Shown: in pieces, positions 1-8,611 of the stretch
Position numbering within the stretch: the first letter of the stretch is position 1
Layout of the letters: every line of letters begins with the position of its first letter
Assembly (NCBI RefSeq): GCF_035285525.1
Contig: NZ_JAYKGW010000117.1
Coordinates: 8,323-40,322 of the forward strand
Origin: Okeania sp.
GTDB taxonomy: Bacteria; Cyanobacteriota; Cyanobacteriia; Cyanobacteriales; Microcoleaceae
Direction: 5' to 3'
Length of the DNA: 32,000 nt
Made by a program: the position numbers and the translations under genes
The notes under the pieces: model-generated
Told to the model about the DNA's origin: nothing
Seen by the model: the letters and a program-made list of their open reading frames with translations, nothing else
The model's database searches: none

Positions 1-30
1 GAAATTAGTAAAATCAAAAATATCCTCTAT

Positions 31-124
31 AGGACTAAAGCCATGAGGTAAGAAAAACAGGGGTTTGAGATTGTTTCCCTGCGGTTGTATCAGAGGAAAA
101 TACGTTGCATTTCCGTAAGTCCTG
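31..124. mobile_element. Degenerate copy of the AGGACTTACGCA-terminal-inverted-repeat MITE family (family A)
   Basis: TAGGACTAAAGCCA at the left and CCGTAAGTCCT at the right. The interior (GTTTGAGATTG...AATACGTTGCA) parallels the copy at 5042-5134. Confidence 0.4.
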
Positions 125-138
125 TTCTAATCTCTACC

Positions 139-2382
139 CTAATCATTTTTCTCATTCGCATCTCTACCATCAGGTCCAATATTCCCATATTTAATCCATT
201 TTGGTTGCACTGGTTTAGCTTCAATAGTAGGTTTGCGATCGTAAAAATCAGGTTTTTCGGGAAAATCTTCAACCGCAATATCCTTGACGACTTCATCCAT
301 AAACAGTTGCCAATTATAAGCTGCTGTACTACTCGCACCCCAAGTAGGATCATTGTTATCATTTCCTAACCAGACTCCAGTTGCCACCTGGGGAATATAA
401 CCAATAAACCACAAATCTCGCGCCTCCTCACTTGTACCTGTTTTTCCGGCCACAGGGCGATCGTACAAATAAGCACTCGAACCGCTACCATATTTTACCA
501 CATTTTCCAACATCCAAGTAACAATTGCTGTACTATCCTTGTCTAAAACCTGCTCCGATTTAAAATTGCTCTCATAGATAACTTCACCATTTTGATTAAT
601 TATTCTTTTAATTCCATGAGCTGGAATATATTTACCTTGTGCTGCCAAAGTCGCGTAAGCATTTGTCAACTCCAATAAATTTACCTCCCAACTACCCAAC
701 GCCATCGAATAAGTAGCTTTAATCTCAGATTGAATCCCCATATCGTGAGCTAACTTAATCACAGGTTCAAACCCCACATCCATCAATACTTGCACTGCTA
801 CCACATTCACAGAATATGCCAAAGAATCAATCATCGATCGCCAACCACCATACTTTTTCCCATAGTTTTTGGGTTGATAACCATCTACTGTTAATGGCAT
901 ATCTCGATAACCATCAGTGGGAGCAAAACCAGCAGCAACTGCAGCAGCATAAACAAAACTTTTAAAAGTTGAACCTGGTTGACGTTGCGCTTGAATGGCT
1001 CGGTTAAATTCACTTTTAACAAAATCTCGACCTCCTACTAATGCCTTCACCTCTCCAGTATTAGGAACCATAGCAACTAATGCTGCTTGATCGAAACCTT
1101 GGCGACTGCCATCAATATCAACAGCTTCTTGAATTACTTTTTCCCCTATTTCTTGCCAACGTCTATCTAAAGTCGTTTCGATAGTCAAACCCCCTGCTGC
1201 CAAAATTTCTGGGGAAACATATTTAGGCAATTCTTTCTGAATATAGTTAGCAAAATAGGGAGCTTCAACTATCAAACGCTTGGGGGAACTAGGTTGTAAT
1301 GTCATTGGTTGAGTAATGGACATTCTGATAACTTTATCTGAAATCAAACCGGCTTTTCCCATTTCTGCTAACACTATGTTTCGCCGACGTTTAGCTGCTT
1401 CTTGGTTAACTAAGGGGGAATATTGACTAGGTGCAGGAGGCAAACCTGCCAAAGTTGCCATTTCTGTTAAAGTAAGCTCGGAGATTGGTTTGCTAAAGTA
1501 AACCCATGCAGCATCAGTTACACCATAAGCACCAGAACCGAGATAAACTATATTTAGGTACAGTTCCAGAATTTCTTGTTTAGATAACTCCTTTTCCATT
1601 TTCCAAGCTAGCATTGCTTCCCGGAGTTTACGCCAAATAGTTTTTTCCATATCCAGGAAAACCATGCGAGCTAACTGTTGGGTAATAGTGCTACCCCCTT
1701 GAACTACATCTCTAGCAATTAAATTATTGATTAATGCTCTAATAATTCCCTGATAATCAACTCCTGTATGTTCATAAAAACGTCTGTCTTCAATCGCAAT
1801 AAAAGCTTTAATTAAAGTAGGAGGAATATTTTTTAATTTGATTTTTTCTCTAGTGGCAGGTCCGGTTTGTTGAATAATTTTACCATCGGCAGCTTTTATT
1901 GTTAAAGTACCGTCTCTAGTATAGGAAGAAATATCAGCAATTTCTGGTAAACTTTGCTCTAATTTCCGCCATTGCCAACCACCGTAAATAACAATAATAG
2001 TAATTCCCGAAAAACCTAATCCTAACCATAGTTTTTTCATCAATAAAATTTCTTTGAAATCGGACTTACGCCAATCAACCAAAAAACTAGGTTTATGATG
2101 CCAATACTTGTCTTTTAAATAACCAAATTTCCTGGATAAACCAGATTGATTTGCCAGTTTTTTTAAGTTGACTAAATTAGCTTTTATAATATGTTTAATT
2201 TTATTTTTAAACTTTGGTGAATTTAAGGGAGCTTTAAATTTTTTACTTAACATTTTTGAGACAGAGTGGGAATTATTTTGCTGGCTTATAGGTTGAGAAT
2301 CTATAGAGTTAGATTTTCTGATAATATCTGTCTCTGTTTCTGAAAATATTTCTTTAAAATTGTCTGGTTCTTTATCTGCCAC
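139..2382 (-). CDS. Class A penicillin-binding protein (bifunctional GT51 glycosyltransferase / transpeptidase, PBP1A type)
   Basis: 747-aa ORF. Has GT51 motifs EDRRFYEHTGVD and GGSTITQQ, transpeptidase motifs STFK, SVN and KTGT, and one TM segment (LWLGLGFSGITIIVIYGGW) after a long N-terminal tail. Confidence 0.92.
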   Translation of the reverse strand: MADKEPDNFKEIFSETETDIIRKSNSIDSQPISQQNNSHSVSKMLSKKFKAPLNSPKFKNKIKHIIKANLVNLKKLANQSGLSRKFGYLKDKYWHHKPSFLVDWRKSDFKEILLMKKLWLGLGFSGITIIVIYGGWQWRKLEQSLPEIADISSYTRDGTLTIKAADGKIIQQTGPATREKIKLKNIPPTLIKAFIAIEDRRFYEHTGVDYQGIIRALINNLIARDVVQGGSTITQQLARMVFLDMEKTIWRKLREAMLAWKMEKELSKQEILELYLNIVYLGSGAYGVTDAAWVYFSKPISELTLTEMATLAGLPPAPSQYSPLVNQEAAKRRRNIVLAEMGKAGLISDKVIRMSITQPMTLQPSSPKRLIVEAPYFANYIQKELPKYVSPEILAAGGLTIETTLDRRWQEIGEKVIQEAVDIDGSRQGFDQAALVAMVPNTGEVKALVGGRDFVKSEFNRAIQAQRQPGSTFKSFVYAAAVAAGFAPTDGYRDMPLTVDGYQPKNYGKKYGGWRSMIDSLAYSVNVVAVQVLMDVGFEPVIKLAHDMGIQSEIKATYSMALGSWEVNLLELTNAYATLAAQGKYIPAHGIKRIINQNGEVIYESNFKSEQVLDKDSTAIVTWMLENVVKYGSGSSAYLYDRPVAGKTGTSEEARDLWFIGYIPQVATGVWLGNDNNDPTWGASSTAAYNWQLFMDEVVKDIAVEDFPEKPDFYDRKPTIEAKPVQPKWIKYGNIGPDGRDANEKND

Positions 2383-2856
2383 TTTTTCCTCTTATATTTG
2401 TTTTTATACTATTACAAAAGTTTCCTACTTAATCAAGTAGATAATATTAAAAACTTACACAATAGAAGTATATATAGTGTATTTTTGGTAATTATTTCAG
2501 ATATTTATGCTACAATTAAAGATTTTATGTAAGTTTGGATTTGATGGTTTTAAGGATTAGAGAGTAGGGAAAATGGGTCAAAGGATAGGAAATAAGCAAA
2601 AAATACAGCACTTCTGACTTTCCCTGAATTAGAGACCTAGTGGGCAAAATTACTGGGCTACAATAATTTTACCATTCACATCTTCTACATCATTCATGTA
2701 TATCACAGTAGGGATATTTCATAGAATATTCTCACTGGTTATCAAAAAAATATTGTTGCTCTTCTTACCATCTGTTCCCTTAGACCTTTAACCAATAAAG
2801 GGTTAAACCCTTTATTCAGATATTAGAAATTACTATAGTAATCCTAAATAGGTCTT

Positions 2857-2886
2857 TAATAATTAATAATTAATAATTAATAATTA
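2857..2886. repeat. TAATAAT heptamer microsatellite, 4 copies
   Basis: Direct reading: taataat x4 followed by ta. Confidence 0.8.
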
Positions 2887-3713
2887 CCTCTTCTTATAAA
2901 AAAAAGGATTGGCTAAAAGGAATTTTTTTCTTTTCTAGGTTGATTAGATATGGCGTTTGTCCATGAATGAAGAGGCTTTATACCTCTATTTTGCAGTAAA
3001 AATTCAAAAACTAGAAATAAACTCCAAAAATCTTACCGAATAATTATTAATTGCTGAACTACTAATCTATTGCTTCTCAACCCCATTCTCCACAAAGTAG
3101 CAAGATTTTTAACATGAATAAAATAGCATTGCTATATTGACTTTTTTTATCGTCAAAAAAGTTGAGAAAATTGTAATTGATAAACATCAACATAAGTGTA
3201 AAAAATGTGAACCGTAAATTTCGCTTATTTTCATTTATTTGTATCTTTATCAACCAGAAAATTACTGGGATTAATTAGGGTTTACTTATGGAATTATGTT
3301 GGTGAGCTTAAGCAATAGTTACAGGTGTTAATTTTTCTAAAATTTTTCCAGCTTGGTGAGGAAAAATCTAGATTTTTAAAGATTAATTTACTAATTTATT
3401 GCCATTTTTTGTTGCCCAAAAAATGCCTTTAATCTTTATTTGTCAATTCTTTTATATTTAATTAGCAAGCCCTAATGAGAATTTGCTTATAGAAGTCTGT
3501 TAGTGAAGCAAGGAAACAGGAAACAGAGAATAGTTTAAACTATATCCTACGACCAATTTTTTTAACAGTTTAAGTCCTGTTATACCTTCTTACTTCTGCC
3601 TTGTACCTTCTACCTTATTAGACATCTCCAATCATAAAAAAATCAAATCAATTATCCCACAAAAATAATCAATTCTTTCTCCCTGCTCCCTGCTCACTCT
3701 TCTCTAGAGATGT

Positions 3714-4865
3714 CTATTTAGGTTCCTGCTGAGTCGTACAATGTATTCCACCGCCTCCGGCAGCAATTTCATCAATATTAATTTGTACAATATCTCGACC
3801 AGGAAAAAGTCGCCCTAAAGTTTGCTTTGCACGTTTATCTGCCAGGCGATCGCCAAATTCGGGAGCAATAACTGCACCATTAATAACGTAAAAATTAATA
3901 TACCCCGCTGCAAAGTCATCACTTTCATATCCTGGTCGTATCTTTCTCGGACTTTCAAGCACCACAACTTCTAAATTTCTGCCATCCGCATCTGTTGACG
4001 AGCGCAGAATTTCTAAATGTCTCTTAGTAACATTATGGTCAAAAGATTCAGGATCGGGATCGTATCCAGCAACAACCACACCAGGACGAACAAAACGGGC
4101 ATAAAAATCAGTATGTCCATCCGTAATATCATAACCTTTGATACCTGGTAGCCAAATAATTTTCCGCAACCCCAATAAAGCTTTCAATTCTGCTTCACAG
4201 TCAGCTTTAGTCCAACCAGGATTACGATTCTTATTAATAATACAACTTTCAGTAGCGATCGCTGTACCATGACCATCAACTTCAATACCACCACCTTCAA
4301 ATACAAGGTCTGTATTAAACAATGGTACTCCAGACTGTCGTGCCATAAACCGAGCTACTTTAGCATCGCGAGCGTGATACTGTTTATTTCCCCAACCATT
4401 AAAATTGCCATCAATAGCAGCTTTTTCACCAGCATCATTAACCACAAAAACGCAAGCCGTATCCCTCATCCAGAGATCGTCTATTGGGCAAACAATTAAT
4501 TCGACATCAGTACCACATTTAGCTAGAGCTACCTGGTAGTCTCTCTTCCGGACTAACATTTTCACAGGTTCATATTTGACAATAGTTTTAGCAATTCTAG
4601 CGAGATTATCTTGTACAGCAGAACTGTATTTGCGACCCCAAATATCTGCACTAGCACTAAACGCCATCCAAGTACATAAATGGGGTTCACCTTCATCAGG
4701 CATAAAAAATGAAGAACTTGATAACATAGAAGATGAGATTTTATTTGAAAATTTAGGATTAGTTGTGGCAAAGGTAGTACAACTTTTTCCAGAGACAAGC
4801 AAACCAGATGTTGTTGTCATTAATTGTAAAAAGAGACGTCTATTCATAAAGTAGTGGCGTGTCAA
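3714..4865 (-). CDS. Agmatine deiminase / Porphyromonas-type peptidylarginine deiminase family protein with a Tat-type signal
   Basis: 383-aa ORF. C-terminal catalytic-Cys motif GGGIHCTTQQEP is typical of agmatine deiminases. The N-terminus has NRRLFLQ followed by a hydrophobic stretch and TFA. Confidence 0.85.
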   Translation of the reverse strand: MTRHYFMNRRLFLQLMTTTSGLLVSGKSCTTFATTNPKFSNKISSSMLSSSSFFMPDEGEPHLCTWMAFSASADIWGRKYSSAVQDNLARIAKTIVKYEPVKMLVRKRDYQVALAKCGTDVELIVCPIDDLWMRDTACVFVVNDAGEKAAIDGNFNGWGNKQYHARDAKVARFMARQSGVPLFNTDLVFEGGGIEVDGHGTAIATESCIINKNRNPGWTKADCEAELKALLGLRKIIWLPGIKGYDITDGHTDFYARFVRPGVVVAGYDPDPESFDHNVTKRHLEILRSSTDADGRNLEVVVLESPRKIRPGYESDDFAAGYINFYVINGAVIAPEFGDRLADKRAKQTLGRLFPGRDIVQINIDEIAAGGGGIHCTTQQEPK

Positions 4866-4890
4866 GTTTGAAAATGTGGATTAAAAACCT

Positions 4891-4970
4891 AACTCCCCAA
4901 CCCCCTTCCCTGCAAGGGAAGAGTAATACAATACTCCCCTCTCCTTGCAGGAGAGGGGTTGGGGGAGAGG
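4891..4970. repeat. GC-rich palindromic dispersed-repeat element (CCCCAACCCC ... GGGGTTGGGGG)
   Basis: AACTCCCCAACCCCC (4891-4905) pairs with GGGGTTGGGGGAG (4955-4967). There are also internal small palindromes, CCCTGCAAGGG and CCTTGCAGGAG. Confidence 0.6.
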
Positions 4971-5041
4971 TCTTCGGTAGTTGCTCGCTCCTAACCCACC
5001 ATTCTATTCATAGAGCAGGTTGGAAATAAAACTAAACAATC

Positions 5042-5134
5042 AGGACTTACGCATTGGTAACGAGTTTTGGGCATTTGAGATTGCTATCCTTACGGACTGC
5101 AATGACAAAAGTACGTTGCGCATGCGTAAGTCCT
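5042..5134. mobile_element. MITE family A copy (TIR AGGACTTACGCA / TGCGTAAGTCCT)
   Basis: Perfect 12-nt terminal inverted repeats at 5042-5053 and 5123-5134. No coding capacity. Confidence 0.75.
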
Positions 5135-5143
5135 GTTATTGTC

Positions 5144-5246
5144 AGGACTGACGGAGAAACTGGGTTGATCAACAAAATCTTGTGGTTTGAACTGAACCCA
5201 GAAACCAGGTACGAGGGTAGAAACCGGGTTTCTTTGCGTAAGTCCT
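5144..5246. mobile_element. MITE family A, subtype with an AAACCGGGTTTC core
   Basis: Degenerate left TIR AGGACTGACGGA and right TIR TGCGTAAGTCCT. The interior is nearly collinear with the reverse complement of the copy at 10568-10651. Confidence 0.7.
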
Positions 5247-5275
5247 AAATAAATCTGGTTTCTGTCTAAATAATC

Positions 5276-5470
5276 AGGAATTACGCAGAGACCAGGGTTG
5301 ATCAAGAAAAAATCGTGGTTAGGACTTACGCACCAGACGCTATATGTAGCGTCAAAAACTATTGTGCAATAGTTTTTGAACTCTATACATAGTACATTTG
5401 CGTAAGTCCTGGTGGTTTTAACAACAATATCGGAGCAATAAACCCGGTTTCTTGGTCTCTAGGCGTAATA
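5276..5470. mobile_element. MITE family A copy interrupted by a second family A copy (nested insertion)
   Basis: AGGAATTACGCA at 5276. The interior is broken at 5321 by a complete element (5321-5410) and resumes with AAACCCGGTTTCTTGG...AGGCGTAAT. Confidence 0.55.
5321..5410. mobile_element. MITE family A copy nested inside another copy
   Basis: Perfect TIRs AGGACTTACGCA (5321-5332) and TGCGTAAGTCCT (5399-5410). The interior resembles the copy at 8879-8967. Confidence 0.75.
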
Positions 5471-5501
5471 TCAAATCCGGTAGTATCGGTATAAAAAAGC
5501 A

Positions 5502-5660
5502 GAGAAACCAGGTTTATATGATTTATCGGGAACCGTAATGCCTACTATACCCATATCTGTCTCCCATCAACCCGGTTTCTTGGAGAAACCGGGTTTATAT
5601 GATTTATCGGGAACCGTAATGCTCACTATACCGATATCTGTCTCCCATCAACCCGGTTTA
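5502..5660. repeat. Tandem duplication, 2 x ~81 bp, bounded by AAACCGGGTTT motifs
   Basis: GAGAAACC(A/G)GGTTTATATGATTTATCGGGAACCGTAATGC...CTCCCATCAACCCGGTTT occurs twice head-to-tail (5502 and 5583), directly 3' of the opcA stop. Confidence 0.8.
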
Positions 5661-5684
5661 TTCGCTGCTTGGCATAAATCCTGT

Positions 5685-7022
5685 TTAACTTCTTAACCGC
5701 AACATTTGTGCTGTCAACGCCAGACTCTCCTCATACAAAACATCTTGACCCCAACGTTGTAACTGTTGTGCCATCAAAGCTTCTGCTTTTTGATCGCTTA
5801 ATGCTGTTACTTGCTCAGTCAAACAAGACTGCGCCTTACCACCAGACTCTAACCGTATACAACCAGTAGTTTCCGAACACAAAATTGTGCAACAGTCAAC
5901 ATCAGCATTGGGATTACTCGAACCCAAACGTATACCAACTAAATCTCCAGGTATTTCACCAAAATCAGCAGTAGGAATAGCTGCTAACTCAGCCAAAATT
6001 TCTTGATTGTTACGTCCAGTAAACTTGATATGAACAATATCATAATCCCCACCCACCTCAGTATAAGAAATTGGTTGCCAACTCAAGCGACTCGCAAACC
6101 AACCCAAAAACATTAGTGCTTGAGCAGCATTTCCTTTTTCATAGTCAATCGTAATAATATCAACTTCCCATAAAGCTGCTCGGCGTTTGGGAGGGTCAAA
6201 AGTTGCAGCAATTAATTCTTGCCAAGCTGAAAGACGGTGCCAGTTGAGGTCAGCAATATAAGTTTCGTTTTCAATCAATTCCTGCATCTTTAAAAATTCT
6301 GATTCGGGATCGGAAAAGTAACAAGAATCCATAATTATACAATTGCTGGTCTCACACAAAGTACGAAATAATTCTTGTTCTGTATTCGGGGTTGCTTTCC
6401 ACCAGACAAATTTTGGTAGATCGGGAATCATTAACGATTTTACGGTTTCATCCACCCTTTGCATCGCTAATTTTGTACCTCGAAGAGTGACATATTCACA
6501 ACAAACTAAATTCGAGCTACTTTGCTTTTGAATTGGACAATAGGCAGATACTTGAGCTGTAACACCTGTATCTTCTTCCCCAATAATTGGACACAGAGTC
6601 ATAACCCGACTGGGGTTTTGAGCAGCGATCGCATCTGCCATACTAGACCCCCGGAGATTAGTATTTGTAACTCTTTGACGGTCATCTGGTTGTTTCGCAA
6701 ATTCTTCGCGCAATTTAGCCAAGGTTTGGGGGTCTACTCTACCTGTAATTGTCAATTTATAAACATTTTGTGCCTCTTTGACTGCACTCCTGGTTTTTGG
6801 TCCATGAATACCATCAATTGGACCATCATAGAATCCGAGGGATCCCAATAATTGTTGAAATTCTTCTGGTTCGTAAACTACTATACTGAAAGTGGCAGCT
6901 CTAGTGGCGATAGGAGTTGCTTTGGCTTGATTTTGACTAAGCCAGATTTTACTTAGTTCTTCTTCTATTTCTCCGAGGGAGATATCTTTTGGTTGTTGTA
7001 AGGCAACAATTGGTGTATTCAT
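5685..7022 (-). CDS. opcA: OpcA, glucose-6-phosphate dehydrogenase assembly/allosteric effector protein, with an internal peptidoglycan-binding-like domain
   Basis: 445-aa ORF. N-terminus PIVALQQPKDISLGEIEEELSKIW and the segments AQVSAYCPIQKQ, LPKFVWWKA, ADLNWHRLSAWQEL and IDYEKGNAAQALMFLGW match my recollection of cyanobacterial OpcA. Confidence 0.85.
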   Translation of the reverse strand: MNTPIVALQQPKDISLGEIEEELSKIWLSQNQAKATPIATRAATFSIVVYEPEEFQQLLGSLGFYDGPIDGIHGPKTRSAVKEAQNVYKLTITGRVDPQTLAKLREEFAKQPDDRQRVTNTNLRGSSMADAIAAQNPSRVMTLCPIIGEEDTGVTAQVSAYCPIQKQSSSNLVCCEYVTLRGTKLAMQRVDETVKSLMIPDLPKFVWWKATPNTEQELFRTLCETSNCIIMDSCYFSDPESEFLKMQELIENETYIADLNWHRLSAWQELIAATFDPPKRRAALWEVDIITIDYEKGNAAQALMFLGWFASRLSWQPISYTEVGGDYDIVHIKFTGRNNQEILAELAAIPTADFGEIPGDLVGIRLGSSNPNADVDCCTILCSETTGCIRLESGGKAQSCLTEQVTALSDQKAEALMAQQLQRWGQDVLYEESLALTAQMLRLRS

Positions 7023-7079
7023 TTTTACGGTTTGTCCTTAAGTTTTAGTTTTGGTTTATGGTACTATGGATAATTTAAT

Positions 7080-7106
7080 TTAATCGGAAAAAGCTGGTGT
7101 ATTCAT
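7080..7106 (-). other. 8-codon upstream ORF created by duplication of the opcA start region
   Basis: ATGAATACACCA, the first four opcA codons, recurs exactly 84 nt upstream. It reads MNTPAFSD then a stop. Confidence 0.35.
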
Positions 7107-7480
7107 CTTTACTTTTTTACTTTTTTTCCTTAAATCTTAAATTTTTTTTATGTTACCCTTGCAGAAGGTAGATATTTCCCTAAGTTTTTACACGCTTCGA
7201 TACCAACGGACATGATATAAATAATTATTAATTAGGGCTTGCTGAGAAAAAGGATTAAACCATTGATAGATAAAGGTTTTAACAAGTTTAGAGCGGGAAA
7301 AAGTACCAGCTTTTAGGTCAAAAAGGTGAAAAAAGTTAGGATTTTGGTTGACGCGAGATAGAAAAATTCAGGGATAATTCTTCCTCCTGTCTTCTGTAAA
7401 TTCCCTACTCCTCCTGTATCCTGTATCCTCTATCCTGATTCCTACCCCTACCCATAAGACTGAAGAAGCGCAAACCCTAA

Positions 7481-8419
7481 TTATTGTTCCCCACTACAGG
7501 TTGCTAGTCTCGATCGCAAAGCTAAAAAAGTTTCCGCTGCCATCATTTGACCTACTCCATAACAAGCACGTTGTCGCCAGACAATTATCGGTAAGTGACC
7601 TTCTGGAGCTTCTAAACTAAAAGAGAGTTCATCATAATATTTCCAACTTTCTCCATCTCGCCATCCTATGCGATCGCAAAATTTTCCATATTCCCCACTC
7701 ACACTTTCCCATATACGTTGTTGCACATTTAAACCAAACAACCCATGACTGTAATATTCCCAGAGCGAATCAATGGTACAAATATCTGTGCAGGGAAAAT
7801 TCTCAATTTCTGCCAAATGTAACCAACCTTCTTCTGCTCTGAGAGCAACTTGTAGCAACAACTCCCAAGTAAGTTCGTCTGCTTTTCGCCATTTTCCAGC
7901 AGCTAAAAGATTAATCAATGGATAATAATCTATTCCTACTTCAGACATTGGTGGTTCTGGAGTTGGCATCGCATCCAATTTTTCATTAATATTATATAGG
8001 GTTTCTGCTAAACTCTCCGGGTTAAGTTGTTCCAGATGATAAAGTACCCATTCTAATTGACAATGAAGTTGAAACCGTTCTATGGTTGCCTGATGTAACT
8101 GAGCTTGTATTTGCTCTAGTTGTTTTTTGAGGTCTTTGTAATTTTGATTGTCATTGACTCCATTTACCGATGCAGTCGATAAACCAGAATTGTTATGATG
8201 GTTTGGATTTTCCTTAGCTTGTAACATCTGCCACATTTTTCTTGCCCAGTTCAATTTTGCTTGTTCTTTTTGTTGGTAAATTTCCGCTGTAGCTAAAAAA
8301 GCTGCTTCCGATTTTAAATTCCAGTCACAAATAGAGCAAGACTCTGGCACTATTTCCATATATTCTGCACCGCAAATAGGACACAACATAATTTTTTTTC
8401 TTAGATTACAGCAATGCAT
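7481..8419 (-). CDS. GUN4-domain protein with an N-terminal zinc-ribbon and a coiled-coil linker
   Basis: 312-aa ORF. CPICGAEY...CSICDW looks like a zinc ribbon. The C-terminal WRKADELTWELLL...EGWLHLAEIENFPCTDICTIDSLW...GLFGLNVQQRIW...IGWR...APEGHLP matches the GUN4 domain signature. Confidence 0.8.
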   Translation of the reverse strand: MHCCNLRKKIMLCPICGAEYMEIVPESCSICDWNLKSEAAFLATAEIYQQKEQAKLNWARKMWQMLQAKENPNHHNNSGLSTASVNGVNDNQNYKDLKKQLEQIQAQLHQATIERFQLHCQLEWVLYHLEQLNPESLAETLYNINEKLDAMPTPEPPMSEVGIDYYPLINLLAAGKWRKADELTWELLLQVALRAEEGWLHLAEIENFPCTDICTIDSLWEYYSHGLFGLNVQQRIWESVSGEYGKFCDRIGWRDGESWKYYDELSFSLEAPEGHLPIIVWRQRACYGVGQMMAAETFLALRSRLATCSGEQ

Positions 8420-8452
8420 GAGGATGCTAAGGTACAGTTATTTGTAATATAG

Positions 8453-8611
8453 CCTTCTAGGAACAGCCTGGAAGGATGTGTTACAAAACAAGTAACACAT
8501 CCTTCCTTCTAGGAACAACCTGGAAGGTTGTGTTACAAAACAAGTAACACAGCCTTCCTTCTAGGAACAACCTGGAAGGTTGTGTTACAAAAAAAAGTAA
8601 CACATCCTTCC
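8453..8611. repeat. Tandem array of 3 x 52 bp, each unit carrying a 15-bp-stem hairpin
   Basis: CCTTCTAGGAACA(G/A)CCTGGAAGG(A/T)TGTGTTACAAAACAAGTAACACA(T/G)CCTTC starts at 8453, 8505 and 8557. Each unit contains GGAAGGNTGTGTTAC / GTAACACANCCTTCC. Confidence 0.85.

Noticed and set aside
1-138. Partial gene at the left edge: a plus frame ending at 49-51 (...EISKIKNILYRTKAMR) or a minus frame running out of the window
   Set aside because: The minus frame has no start codon after its upstream stop. The plus frame is only 16 codons and ends inside a degenerate MITE. Evidence is insufficient to call either.
5054-5305. ORFs 5054-5248 (+) and 5090-5305 (-)
   Set aside because: Both are composed of MITE family A sequence with terminal inverted repeats and AAACCGGGTTTC cores, so they are repeat-derived open frames.
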